A stretch of 64,000 bases of DNA from the human T2T-CHM13v2.0 reference genome, Homo sapiens. Below the pieces are notes generated by a model, which was not told the DNA's origin, did no database searches, and was given only the letters and a program-made list of their open reading frames with translations. This document shows, one piece after another, positions 17,071 to 33,125 of this stretch. The stretch lies in the NCBI RefSeq assembly GCF_009914755.1, contig NC_060936.1. One strand, given 5' to 3'. A program made the position numbers and the translations under genes. The number at the start of each line of letters is the position of its first letter. The stretch's first letter is position 1.

Positions 17071-19200
17071 CTGTGGGGTGGGAAGGGGAGTCAGGAGGGC
17101 TGGCCAGCAGCTCCTCCAGGAAACCTTCCTCCTGCGGTTGGGGGTAAAGGTCCAAGATAGGAGGGGCTTTAACACTCGGGGCTCCCTCGGGGGTCCTCCT
17201 GCCACGGAGACTCCCACTCCACTGTGTGAAGAAAAATTGGGTTTGCTATGGTGAAAAGGAAGGCACATGCAAGAAGAAGAAAAAGAGGATTTGAGAGGGG
17301 GGATGATCTGGGCTTTAGGGAGTCGGGGTTCTCAAGAACAAGTTGTGGGACCTTGGGCAAACTCTCTGGGCTTTTGTTCTTTTGTTTGTAAAATGAGAGA
17401 TTTGGACCATGTAAGTTCTTCCAAGGTTCCTTTCTTGTACCTTCCTCCATAAAGTGTGTGTGTGTGTGTCTGTGTGTGTTGACATGCAGGTGGGGGAAGT
17501 AATAATACCTGCCTCAAAGGATCAACTGATTTGAGAACTGGATGCATGCCTGGCCCAGAGCAGATGCTCACTAAATGTTAGTTCTCTTCTCTTCCCTACC
17601 CTGATGTTCCATGATCCTGAAGAAGATATCAGGGTGAAGAGAGGATGCCAGAGCTCTCATAGCGCTGGAAGTGAGATGTGGAGAGGACTCCTCTATGTGG
17701 CTGTCTCCACATCCAGGTTTCCAGACATGGGACTGTGGAATATAGAAAGACTAGACCTCTTTGGTTCTCTGCAAAACCACCCCTCCTCCAGCATGTACAG
17801 CCTTGACATTTCTGTCCATGGAAGTTTTCAAGTCCTCTTGAAGGCCCCAAAGGGTGAGGCCTTGCAGCTCTAATCTTAGAAGTTCTCTCCAGCCACTAAT
17901 CAGGGTGTGGGGCCATAGAGAGCCCCACCACCACCTGCAGGCTTCTGCCTGCCTCCCTGTGCTGGGGCAGCTGTGGGGGTGGAGGGGATGCTGGGAGCAA
18001 AGGTGCCTGGCACGGCGGCTGGGCAAACAGACCTCCTGGCTGTGGCTTGCTGAGTGCTGACGGCAGGAGTGGGCACCAGGGCCTTTGGCCTGTAGCTACT
18101 TGCTTGGTGCTGCTGCTGCCAGGGCATCTGCCCACAGAACTGGGGAGTTTCACAAGAGCAGAGAAAGGAACCAGAAGCCCAGGGTGGGTGAGTTCCAGGC
18201 TTTGAGAAAGGTCCATTGGCCCAGGCCCTCAGGTAGGGGGAGGACGAGAGAAGTTGCTGTGGGGTGAGGAAGAGCCTATGCTGGGAGGGAGTGGACAGCC
18301 AATGCCACAGGCATGGCAGGAAAGCGAGCGCTACTGCAAGAGATGGTGCTTCCCTCCACAGGGAGCCTGGGAGTAGACCACACCCAGGTGACTGACTCAC
18401 CTGCCCAAACAGCTGCCAACTCTCCTCCCACAGTGGGTGTCTGCACAGACCCTACCAGGTCAGGCAGGGTGGGAGAGGAAGGGGCAGGGAGCATCCAGGG
18501 AAGGCAATGGGGGTAAGCCCTCGCTTGGGGAGCCCAAGATTAGGTGTCTTGTCTTTCCTGCTCACCTGGGGACCAGAGTTAGGGAGACCTGTTTCTGCCA
18601 GCCACACCATGGTGTCTACAGGCACGTAGCTCAGCCTGACTGGACTTTGCTAACTTTCCAGTGATTCTGTGATGCCATTCTCCTGCCCAGATACTTTTCT
18701 CGGCCCCTACTGATGACCACGTCCAAACTAAAGTTGGCCTCTTCCTAACTTTCAGACTTCATGTCTTAGTGCTTCTGGACACAGCCTCTGTTCTGGGCAT
18801 GCTGGCATTGCTGCTGGCCTGGGAACATGACCTGCTCATGCTCGCCCCTGCATTTCCAGTTGTGCTAGGTGCCCGTCCAGCTGGGTTTTCTCTCCCCCAA
18901 ACCTGTATGAGTTCTACCAGTTCTTCAGTGCCTACATCATAGCCATCTTTTTCCATGAAGCATTTCTTGATTGCCCTGATCTGCATCAAGCCTTGTTTTT
19001 TTCTGCTGAGCCTCATTTCCTATGCCTGCTACATATTTAGTCTTTCCCACACACATTGACACCCAATTATCTTCTGCTCTGTAAGACTCATGGTTAGCAC
19101 AGTTTTCAATTCATTACCTATAGACGGAGCCCAAGAAGTTCAAGGTCTCTTTCTCTAGATTACAAGTTACTTAAGGGCAGGGTCCATGTCTTACAATTCT

Positions 19201-19301
19201 TTCTTTTCTCTCCCTTCCTTTCCCTTCCTTCCTTCCTTCCTTCCTTCTTTCCTTCCTTCCTTCCTTCCTTCCTTCCTTCCTTCCTTCCTTCCTTCCTTCC
19301 T

Positions 19302-19357
<56 letters not shown>

Positions 19358-19641
19358 TCACAGACTCTCGCTCTATTATCCAGGCTGGAGTGCAGTGGCA
19401 CCACCTCGGCTCACTGCAACCTCCACCTCCCGGGTTCTAAGCGATTCTCCTGCCTCAGGCTACAGAGTACCTGGGCTTATAGGCACATGCCACCATGCCT
19501 GGCCAATTTTTTTGTATTTTTAGTAGAGATGGGGTTTCACCATGTTGGCCAGGCTGGTCTCAAACTCCTGACCTCAGGTGATCTGCCCGCCTTGGCCTCC
19601 CAAAGTGCTGGGATTACAGGCGTGAGCTACCATGCCCGGCC
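19201..19641 (-). mobile_element. AluS whose tail has expanded into a (CTTC)n(CTTT)n microsatellite (19201-19338)
   Basis: TSD tgtcttacaattctt flanks both the tail and the Alu. Confidence 0.95.
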
Positions 19642-20287
19642 TTTGTCTTACAATTCTTATATTTCCCCCATAAAGGCTAGACCGGAGGGGCTACCTGGCC
19701 GTGGTGTCTGCTCAATAGTCTGACACCAAATATCAAATGCATCCACACAGATTACACCAACTGTGTGCAAATCATTTTCCTGGTTCAGGAAAGGCTAGTG
19801 AGTACTCTAGTGCTGCTTGTCTCCTGCAATGTAGTGAATGGCACCTGGCACACCAGAGAGCTGAGAAAGCTGACCTCTTTTATTGAAACAATTGTTATGG
19901 AAAGATTTTCAAGACAGAAAACCTTGTAACGGAACACTTTTAACGTCATATAACCTTTCCCTGATGATTCAGAGGTATCATTCTGAATAATTACTGAACA
20001 TTGCAGGACAAGGTTACAGCCTCAGAGTTGTCAGAGGCTGTCTGCCCCGCATTGCATGGCTTGGCGTGCTGGGCTTTGGAGTTCTTGGGCTGCTTTTCTT
20101 GCTTCCAGTGTCCACCTCCCTGTTAAACTATGCGTTGTCTTCTTATTGGTGTCTGCCTCTGGATGTGTGCCTTTCTCCCCCTTAAGACTTACTTCTGATC
20201 TCTTGGGAGCTAGAAGTTCTGGTGATCAAGTTTGATGTAATAAAAAGAAAATATTCGTAATGCTGGATGGCACATAAAGAGTTTTTC

Positions 20288-20522
20288 TATCTATAAGGCA
20301 CTATTCTGAGAGCCTTTTGTATATTAACTCATATATTTAGCCCTCATGACAACCCTTTAAGGCAGGTGCTGTTGTTATTCCCATTTAGCAGATGAGGGAG
20401 CTGAGGCCCAGAGAGGCTTTCTACCTTTCTCAAAGTCACACAGCTAACAGTGGTGAAACCAGCATTTAGACCTGGGCAGTCTGGTTCTGGAGTGGAAGGT
20501 CATAACCACTAGCCTCTACTGT
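20288..20522 (-). mobile_element. MIR
   Basis: ttattcccatttagcagatgagggagctgaggcccagagagg...aagtcacacagcta (MIR core). Confidence 0.75.
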
Positions 20523-23500
20523 GTCTGATTACATCTGGTTATAAGCGGACTTTGGCTTTCAGCCATGGAGTTTTGACAGGCATTGTGTTCCAATCCATCT
20601 GAAGAGTGTGAAAATAAAATTAAGTCACAAAGCTTGTAAATTACCCACTTTAAAGAGACAAAGAAAGTTCAAGTTTAACCCTATAACATGATTCCTCCCA
20701 GTCACTTGCATCAAATAGCAACCTCCATCTTCTATGGAGGTAACAGAGGAAGAAATGCTGAGATCTACCAGTTTCACACAGGCCCAATCCATGAGCCTTC
20801 TGCAAGGCAACATTGCTTGAGGACTGAATAAGTCTAAAGTCTTTCACATATGCAAATGCACTGTGATTTACGAAATAATTTGTTTAAAGATCTTGTTAAT
20901 TTCATGGGAAATTTCTTATCATTTTTTCAATGGATTGAACCTAAGATGTCATTACTATCATATAGGAAGACACTATATGATATATGAAGCCATTGACCTA
21001 GAATAAGAGTAAACAGGTTCTGAAAGAGTGTTGGGCTGTCTGGTGATCAGGCGTCTAAAGTGCATGAGTTTTGGCATGTGGACTTTGTAAAACCTACATG
21101 GCTGCTCAGAAGCTTTTTTTGACTTCATTTTAAGCTCCTTGCTGAGTGTGAAATAATTTTGCACAAGTTATTCCCATGCAAGACATGTTCTCTCCTTAAC
21201 GAAGCCAAGATCTGCAACATAAACAATTTGAAAACATTTCAAGATGCCAAGGATGGGCTAAGAACAACCACAGGAAGAGGACATAAAATGTTTCCAAATG
21301 AACGGCACAGACATGATCAGGTTTGGGAGAATCTTACTGATCTATAGACCTGTGGAAGATATACAGAGAGAAAGAAGCATAATGAGGAGCTAATATTCAT
21401 TGATTCCACACATTTATTGAGCACCTACTATGTGCCAGGTACTTTACTAACGCCAGGGAGAAAAGACATACATCTGTAAAAACATCAAACAAGTTACCAC
21501 AATGTGTGGTTCTGTGCAGGACAGGTAATAGTATAAGCAAAAAGCAAGAACTCAGTTATAAAATTTCTTGGGTTCCCAGGGTATAAAGTCAACTAAGAAT
21601 GGAAAAGAGAGAAAATGAGTCTTTGGTGGGACCAAGCTCTCTTCAATCCATCTCTTAGAGCATGTGAAAGTGCCTGGAAATGCACAATGGAGTGAGCTCC
21701 GACCCACTGGGGCCACGAGAGGCTGCCTCGGGTGTGGCCCACAAGCCTGCCCTTTGGAAGCAGAAAGACCTAGATTAGAATGAATGCTGATACCATCATC
21801 TTATTAGCTGAGAGCCATGATATTTTAATTCCTCTGAGCTTCCTCAGCTATTGAAAAAATAAAAGTATTTACATATTTAGGGAGTGTTGTGAGAATTTCA
21901 GAAGAAAATGCATGTGCTTGATGTGCTATCTGACACACAGTAGTTGGTCAATACACAGGGTTTCTGTCCTCATCCTTTCCCTTCCTGTGCCTCTTCTATG
22001 GAAGGCCCACCTCCTTGCTCGGACAGCAGGAGCCTGGGCTTTTAGCTTTCTTCCTGTGGTTTTACAAATATTGAGACACTCAATTGTCTCTGGGATGCTA
22101 TGCCTTGGGGACAAAACCCAGCCCAGATAAGAAATGTGCAGCTCTCCCAGGGTTCTGAGGCCGGGGGACTTCACACTGGTGAGGCCTCCTGAAGCTGGAC
22201 TAACCTGAGGCTGGGAATGTCTCTTCCTGGACAGTCTTCCCTTCAGGAAAGTAAAAAGCATCAGGACGTTTCTATTTTAACTGGATCCCCGCTCCACCAG
22301 CCCATCTAGAACTGAGTACTGCTCCCTGCACTGGGATGAGGAGGGTGGTGTGGCGAGAAGCTACCTTGGGCATACAGCAGGATGGGGACACAGGACTCCA
22401 CAGGAGAGAATTAGGCTGGGGTGGGCGTGGCTGAGGGATGGGGTGGACATCGCTTCTGGGCTGCTGGGTTCCCACCACGTGGTAGGGTGCTCCTGGGCAG
22501 GGCCCCCTGATTTACCCCAGGCTGGTGCTGCTCTTCACCATGGATGCAGCGCTGTTTATGGGGACCAGGAGGCAGGTAGGAGGGGACATGAAGTCTGATT
22601 CTAGTCCCAGCTTGGCCACCAACTTGCTTTCTGACCCCAGACCTGAGGTCTTTACCTCTCTGAGTCTCAGATGTTCTTTCTATTTTAAGTCAGTAAGACA
22701 TCCTCTTCCTCCTGAGGTAGGAGAGGGGCCTCTTGGGCATCAGTGAGCTTAGTCCTGAGGGGAACTCCTGTGGCAGTGCCTTACGAACCACTGCAGTGGA
22801 ACCTCGTGCCAGTCTTGGTTAGCTGGAGCTTTAGAAACCGGACTCCCTGCTTTGCAGAGGCTGTCTTCTCTGCGGAGATGGGACTGTGCTGAGCACACCT
22901 TGTTGGTGCCCACCCTAATGCCTCACCCTGAGCAGGGCCCACTGAGAATGTGTGTGAAGCCTCTTAAGGCACCCGGGCCTCCAGCCTCCACTTCTTATTC
23001 TCTCCAGGATAAACACAGGAGCCAGGGCGTGGCAGGGACTAGGGTAGGAGCGACCAGCGTGCCCAGGCCTGCACCCTGTGATGGTGTGGAGAAACCACAG
23101 CCCTGGAAACACCTTTCAGGGCTGCCAGTGTTGGCTGGGGAGCCGTCAGATCAGGAGGGAGGAGTCATGACCCACAGAAGAGAAGCCTAGGTCAAGGCCC
23201 AAAGAGGAAGCCCAGGGTCAGGGCCTCAGCTCTGCCTCTGTGTCCCAACAACAGATAATTTTTTTCCCATTAACGGAGAAATTTGCTATCCTCTAAGCCC
23301 TGTTCTGTGACTTATCCTCTGTCCCTGACACATCTTCCTGTTACCTGACCTCTCCCCATCCCCAACCACTCCAAACGGTCCCATAGCCAGGAGGGTCCGC
23401 ATCTGAGCAACATCCCCACCCCGACTCCGACTCCGATTCCTCAGACCCACAGCTAGGAGGGCCTGGGTTCTGTCCTAGGGCCGGGTGGGGGTCTGGATGC

Positions 23501-24422
23501 AGATGGCAGACAGGAGTGAGCAAGAGAAGGAGAAAAAGGAATGAGTGTACAGAGAGCACCCATGCCCAGCTGGCCTTGCTCCAGCCCAGAGAGGGCCAGG
23601 CTGGCCCCTCCCAGCATCTACTGAATTCAATGCCTACTCTAGTTACCAAATAACTGTCCTAGAGCTCTGATGCAAAGTTCAAGTGTTGTTTTCAGTGATG
23701 GGTCAAAATATCCATGTAAATATGCCATGTTGGTCTTCTCCAACCCCAGAGAGGGACAGGAAGTCCTATAGAATCACTCCTCTTTCTCCATCTGGATTCA
23801 GAGGGTCGTCCTAGAACCCAGTGCTTCCCCTGGCAGACTCTTTCCTCCTGGTCTCTCCCTGGCACAAGCCCTCAGATCTGCTCAAGGCGCCAGAGAGGCT
23901 GGGAGGCTGGGGTGGGACAGAACGTGGATGCCAACTATGCTCTGAATACTAATTCTCCCCATCACTCCTGCCCTTCCTAACCCACATCAGCCCTCTCTTC
24001 CCAAGCCCATAGAACCTGGGGGTCCTTGAACCTCATTCTTCCCTCTAGGTCCGAGTAACAGGGAGCTGTGAAAAAAGAATGACATCCTGGAGGAAGACCC
24101 TGACCCAGGAGTAGAAGGGACTCTTGAAGGCAGTGTCCGGCCTCTCCTTCCTCTCAGGCCCCACTCTGGAGGGACCCTTCCAGGGCCTCTGACACCAACA
24201 CACAGATCCTCAAGAGGTGCACAGGGCCGCTGAGTGCATCTGACCCTGGACTTCCAGCTGCCCTGTCACCAGCTGCTGGTCCCACTGAGGCCCTGGCCCC
24301 AGATGCTGGCAGCTACAGAGGAAGGGCAGGCAGACCCTCTGCCCAAACTTGCAGGAGAGTGGCCAAGGCCTTTCCCTGACTCCACTTCAGGCCCAAACCC
24401 TGCCCAGCCCCTGGACACTCAC

Positions 24423-24553
24423 ACTCCTTCATCATGCCGATGTCCACACAGCGTTTGAGCCGGCAGGCCTGGCAGTGGCGTCGGTTGTCCTTGGTGATGC
24501 GGCAGTCCCCGTTGAAGGGGCAGGTGAATAGTGCCTTCCGCTTCATGCTTCGC
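24423..24553 (-). CDS. VDR: VDR exon 3 (131 nt): second zinc finger
   Basis: ggcag|GCGAAGC...AAGGAGT|gtgag. Encodes [17 protein letters not shown]...DIGMMKE. Confidence 0.99.
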
Positions 24554-24775
24554 CTGCCGAGAGAGCACACACCCTGCCCTGGGTCACTGAACTTCCGGCT
24601 CCTCACCCTGTCATCACGGAGACCTGTCTTCTGGGCCCCCTGGTCTCCATTTCTCCAACAGAAGACATGAGGCCCACCCCAGCTGCCAGTCACTCTCACC
24701 TCTAGGCTGGGCACCAAATGATTCCTACTTCTCCTTTCATTGCCTGCCCAGCTCCAATCATGGCTTGTACTTACC

Positions 24776-25770
<995 letters not shown>

Positions 25771-26082
25771 GAAGAAACCTTTTTAAATATTGAAATCTCC
25801 AGAGTAGCCAGCATAATAACATTTAATGAGCCGCTATGAGAAGTAAGGATGCTAGTCTCAGCATGAAGTCTTCTAGATTCTAGAGACCTGTGACTGGAAT
25901 AGCTCCTGTTCCAGGGATAGATGTGTACATGGAAGGAAGAAAAGGCCCAAACCATAGCTCTAGACATCCCAGAACCTGCCCAGAAAAAGAAGGGGCCAGA
26001 CAAGCAGGTGGAAATCCTGAGGCCTGGCCTTGGGTTTTTTGAAAGGAAGAGGAAGCAGGAGCTCTGTAGGAACAGAAAACTA

Positions 26083-26764
<682 letters not shown>

Positions 26765-28632
26765 GTGGCACCCTTGTAGCCTATGTAAGTTGTGTGTGTG
26801 TGTGTGTGTGCACAAGTGTGCACATTTAAGGGCTCATTTTCCTAATTCGAACATTCTCTCCCACTGCCAGCCACACCACGTGGACTTTGGGAGGCTGCAT
26901 AAAGGACACCTCCCTGAGGCACCTCCCTAGAGGCTTTTCATCATCCATGTCCTGAGAGTCCTGTCCTCCTCCCAGCCCCAGCAGGAGTAGGCCCCACTTT
27001 TCTGACATAGTTAGATGGGGAAAGATGGTGGCAGAATCACTGTCTGCATGAGCAGCAGCATCTTCCAAGGAACTGCTGAGTGTGAAGATGCCCAAGCCTT
27101 CCAAGCCAAAGCCCAGGCCCAACCATTTCCTTCCTGGAGATGAGCTACTGACGTCATCTGCTCAGGGGCCAGGCATTAGTTAGGATTCTTGGTAAAACAT
27201 GACTCACTGTTCACATTCACTAGAACATACATGGGGTTGAGGGGAATCGCACTCATCAATTGTCAAGCTTGCTCTAGCAAATGGACAGCTGGGGACCACA
27301 CCGACTCAGCCCCTGGGATAGAGAAGAGACCAGAGTAGGGCTCTACTGGCAGTCCCAGGCAGGCCCAGACTCTTAGATCCACAGAGGGCCCAAGAGACCG
27401 TCAGTGTAACTCCCTCCCTTTATACGTGGGACCACTGAGGTTAAGAAACTTACAGGTGAGGATATTCAGCAAGAAGTGCAGGCTCCTAGGTCTGGAAGTC
27501 TTAGGGATCTAAGGCTTAGCCTTTAGCTTCCTGGATTGTTTTCAACCCCAGAAACTTAAAGTGCTCAGTGAAGTTGATGCCCCAAACAGCCCCAGGTGGC
27601 TCAATGCCAAGAATGACCCAACAGTCAAGGAAGCAGCTGCTGTTGGTTTTGGACCTTGGCTCTGGTACCCTGCTGTGACAACCCTCATCACCCAAGGGGC
27701 CTACTGCAGAGCCAGGGTTGTCAGGAGGTGGAGCAGCACCAGGCTATCAGGGGCTCCTTAGCTCCAAGTCTAGCCCGCCTCAGGCCCAGTCCTAACCCTG
27801 CAGTAGCTAACAAGAAAGAAGTTATACGCCAGGCTTTTTTCCATCTTCGTAGAAACAAAAAGCCTTTTGCCGTTCACCTCTATTTGTTTACTGCTGCTTT
27901 TCTGGAGGGACAAGAGAATATGGAAGCATCTTGGGAACTGTTAGGGTTCCCCAGAAACGAGATACAATTATCCCCACAGGGACATCTGTATGTTCCAGGA
28001 CATGAGATTGGTGTCCCTCCCACCAACCTTGTGGTTCTTGAGGCTTCATCCGTCACCACAAATGCTCAGGCCTCAGAATGCCCGTAATTCTCTAAACTTA
28101 CTCAAGGACCAGAAGTTTCTATTTCAGAAGAAACTCTCATTTCCTTTTTTTTTTTTTGTTTTTCAACAACCGGGCATTTCGCTCTGGTCACTGAGGGGCT
28201 GCTCTGTCCTCCCACTGGCTGTCTTGTCTGGCTCAGAGCTCTTCCTGTTAAGCCTGCAAGGCCATGGGCACCAAGAAGACAGCACATCGTCAGCCTAGCC
28301 CAGCCACCACCTACAGTGATGTGAGCCAAAGCCTCTCACCAGACTGGGCCCGGGACTGAGAGCTTCTTGAGGCCCCAGGGCCTATCAGAGGCCCCGTCTG
28401 TCCTTCCCCAGGCTCCAGGGAGCCTGCCTTTGACCCTCACTTGGGGGCAGCCCCCCCAGCTGCAGGGTTGCCTGAAAAGAGATTCCACTGCTTCGCCATC
28501 TTTCTCTCATTTTTCTCATGTCACTTTAAATATGAAGCTCCATCTCAGATGTCTATACACAGGAGGGTTGGAGATTGCCACTCAGCCCCACTTTGCCTGA
28601 CAACAGGAATGAGGCTAGGAATAGGAAGAGAA

Positions 28633-29290
<658 letters not shown>

Positions 29291-29907
29291 GAGAAAGTAC
29301 TGGGGGTAAAAAAAAAGTTTGGCGCCCTTGCTTCTGCTTAAGAGTTGTCATATGAAGCCCGAGAACACTGAAAAGGAAGAGGACACCATTACGCTCTGGA
29401 GCGTGGGGTCAGTGTTCAGGTTATAGAAAGTTTGCTCCCCAGCTCCAACTGCCAGACCCAGAGGCTCTCTGGAACTCAGATCCCAGAGCTGGCCTTTCAG
29501 GTGTGTCTGGCCCAACATGTCTGTTTGCTGGGCCACAGATCCTCTTGGCTCAGAGGTCCTGTTCTTCCCTGTTCTCCTGCCTTCCAAGGGCACTTCCACA
29601 TGTGTGGCTGTCATTTACTCTCTGCCCACGAGGAGTCAGGGCAGCCAGACTGCCCAACCCTGGCTCTGTGCTTTGTCCTGAAGGTCTACACCCTACCCTG
29701 CCTTCCTCCCAATACTAATTGCCTGTGAGCTGGTTTGGATTTGAGAAACAAGAGCTTCAGGTTTCCATGAGAGCCCATTGCCTCAGCTGCTCTCTGAGCC
29801 TGGACCCTGTCATCCTCTGGTTGGTTGGCATTTATACCCCAGCTCAGGAAGGGGGGGTAGGGGTGGGGCAACCAAGCTAAATATAGATGCAGTTTCTAGA
29901 AAGCCAG

Positions 29908-29922
29908 GGGTGAGAGAGGACA
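29908..29922 (+). promoter_or_regulatory. Candidate DR3 vitamin D response element GGGTGA gag AGGACA
   Basis: Half-sites identical to the rat osteocalcin VDRE (GGGTGA atg AGGACA) as recalled; intronic autoregulatory VDR enhancers are established. Confidence 0.65.
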
Positions 29923-30618
29923 TTGACCGATTCTCATGCCAGAGACCAGTTTATCAAAACAGAAAGAGACAAAAACCTCACAAAAGCATCAAGAGCCTGG
30001 GGCCAGGGCCTCAGGCCTGGGACAGTTGGGCCTTTCTCCAGTAGGTGGCCTCTGCCAGCAGAGACGCACGTTGCATAACCCAGGCGTAGGGTCAACTATC
30101 CCCTCTGGGCTCCATCTCCACTGCACTGTCACAGAGATTCCAGCGTCTGCTCAGGATACAGGAACTAGCGAGAGCTCCTGATCTGAAAGCTATGTGAGGT
30201 GCTGGGAATGCTTACTAGTTTGATTATGGTGATCATTTCACAATGTATATGTATAGCAGAACATCGAGTTGTGCACCTGAAATATAGACCATGTCTATCT
30301 GTCAATTATACCCCAGCAAATCTAAAGGAATAAAAAGACCTACATCAAATGATGTAGGGGCCTACATGATTGTGAGAGGCAGCATCAGGGGGTTCTCCTC
30401 AGGTGGGTTTAAAAAAACATTAAAGGATGGTTAGCACTGTAGAAAAGAGCACAGACTTTTTTTTTTGGAGGGCAATTGGCAATGCGAAGCATGTTAAACA
30501 CACAGACATTTTAACGCAGTAAAGCCACTTCCAGGTATTTATCCTGTGGGTAGATCGGTCCATGGGCGCAATGGTGGTTACTGCAGCTCTGTCTGGAGGA
30601 GCCAAAGACCGAACCTAA

Positions 30619-31186
<568 letters not shown>

Positions 31187-32428
31187 TAATACTCTGTGAC
31201 TATGAAAAAGAAAGAGGAAGAATGCTGAAATGGGAATGAGCTTGAAGAAGTGTTCTTTAGCAGATAAAACCAAGATGCAGAATGGTGACGTGTGTGCACA
31301 CACACATACACACACACACATATGCACTTTTACATAAAGAATCTGGAAGCGAACACGATGAGCTGGCAACAGTGACAGCTTCCTGGAGGAGGTAGGGAAC
31401 TAAGAATTGGGTTGAATAGGTGATTTACTTTTCACTTACATATCCTCTTAAACTGTTGGCTTTTTAAAAAGCCATATTATGACGTTACATTTAAAAAATC
31501 CACTACCCACTACAACTACCTAAACATTAAAAATGAAATGCAGTCTTTGGTTAGATCGATATGTTTGAGTTTAAATCTTAAAGCACAACCTTGGGCAAGT
31601 TACTTAACCTTCCCATCCATTAGTTTCCACATCTGTAAAATGGGAGCAACATTTCAGAGAGGGTTGTAAGAACTAAATAAAGGAAAAGGGAACAGGACCT
31701 GGACAAAGGAAACCCTAAATAAAGGGAAAGAAGAGAAACTAGCAGAAAGAGGCAGTGGGAGGGAGTGCTGAGAGTGGGTGAAAGTAGATTTTAAAGTAGA
31801 TTTTAAACATCTCATTAAGAATTTGAGACCCCTGAAGCAGACACCATGTCTTAGGCCTGCTCTCTGGGTGCCTAGCATGGGAGCCTGCAGGCAGCAGAGT
31901 TTGAAACCATATTTCTGTTTCATGTGCTGTAGCTCCTGATGTCTAGAGCCACAGCCCCTGTGCTAGTTACAGCAACCACTGTCCAGTTCTGTTGAGCACC
32001 AGCCAGTTCTACCCAGCCTTTGACCGACATGAAGCTCTCTCAGAGCCCCTGGCCCAGCCCTTCCCTCTTCATACCTGATATTTAACTCCTTCTGTTTAGG
32101 AACCTCTTTTCAGAGACCACTGCCAACACATCACATAGTTATACTTTCGAAGTTCCATGGTAGAGAAAAGGAAGAAAGGACCATCTGTCCTCAAAACTAA
32201 GACACTAAAAAGGGATAATGATACTAGCTATCACCACTGGAAGCTTTCTAGGTCAGTATTTTACATACTATCTCCAATGCTCTCGACAACCTTTGGGTAG
32301 ATATTATCCCTGTTTTACAAGTGACACAAAAAGGCACGGGAAAGTTAAATAACTTGCTTTAAGTCACAGCTAGCAAGTCTGAAAGCTGGAATTAGAATCA
32401 AGAACTGTTTGACTCCAAGGAATCTGAC

Positions 32429-32737
32429 TGATATGGTTTGGCTCTGTGTCCCCACCCAAATCCCATCTCGAATTGTAATCCCCATGTGTCGAAGGAGGGG
32501 CCTGGTGGGACATGATTGGATCATGGGGACAGATTTCCCCCTTGCTGTTCTTGTGATACTGAGTGAGTTCTCACAAGATCTGATGTTTTTAAAGTGTGGC
32601 GCTTCCCCCTTCACTTGCTCTCTGTCTCTCCTGCTGCCATGTAAGACAGGCCTTGCTTCCCCTTTACCTTCCGCCATGATTGTAAGTTTCTGAGGCCTCC
32701 CCATCCATGCAGAACCATGAGTCAATTAAACCTGTTT

Positions 32738-32777
<40 letters not shown>

Positions 32778-33125
32778 AGATGGAGTCTCGCTGTCGCCCA
32801 CGCTGGAGTGCAGTGGCGCAATCTCGGCTCACTGCAGCCTCCGCCCCCTGGGGTTCACGCCATTCTCCTGCCTCAGCCTCCCGAGTAGCTGGGACTACAG
32901 GCGCCCGCCACCTCGCCCGGCTAATTTTTTGTATTTTTAGTAGAGACGGGGTTTCACCGTGTTAGCCAGGATGGTCTCGATCTCCTGACCTCGTGATCCG
33001 CCCGCCTCGGCCTCCCAAAGTGCTGGGATTACAGGCGTGAGCCACCGCGCCCGGCCACCTGTTTTCTTTATAAATTACTCAGTCTTGGGTAGTTCTTTAT
33101 AGCAGTGTGAATATGGACTAATACA
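32429..33125 (+). mobile_element. THE1D-like MaLR solo LTR interrupted by a young Alu
   Basis: tgatatggtttggctctgtgtcccc...ggactaataca with TG..CA ends; 5-bp TSD ctgac/ctgat. Confidence 0.9.
32740..33056 (-). mobile_element. Young AluY (AluYe-like)
   Basis: T37 tail, largely intact CpGs, TSD acctgttttcttt; diagnostic gtctcgctgtcgccc and ccgccccctggggttc. Confidence 0.9.

Noticed and set aside
20620-21330. AT-rich, apparently TE-free block with C/EBP-like motifs (possible enhancer)
   Set aside because: Short motifs only; conservation and activity cannot be assessed from the sequence alone.
31781-31804. Short tandem duplications (aaagtagatttt x2; also 11562-11596 and 40529-40585)
   Set aside because: Ordinary slippage events with no functional motif evident.
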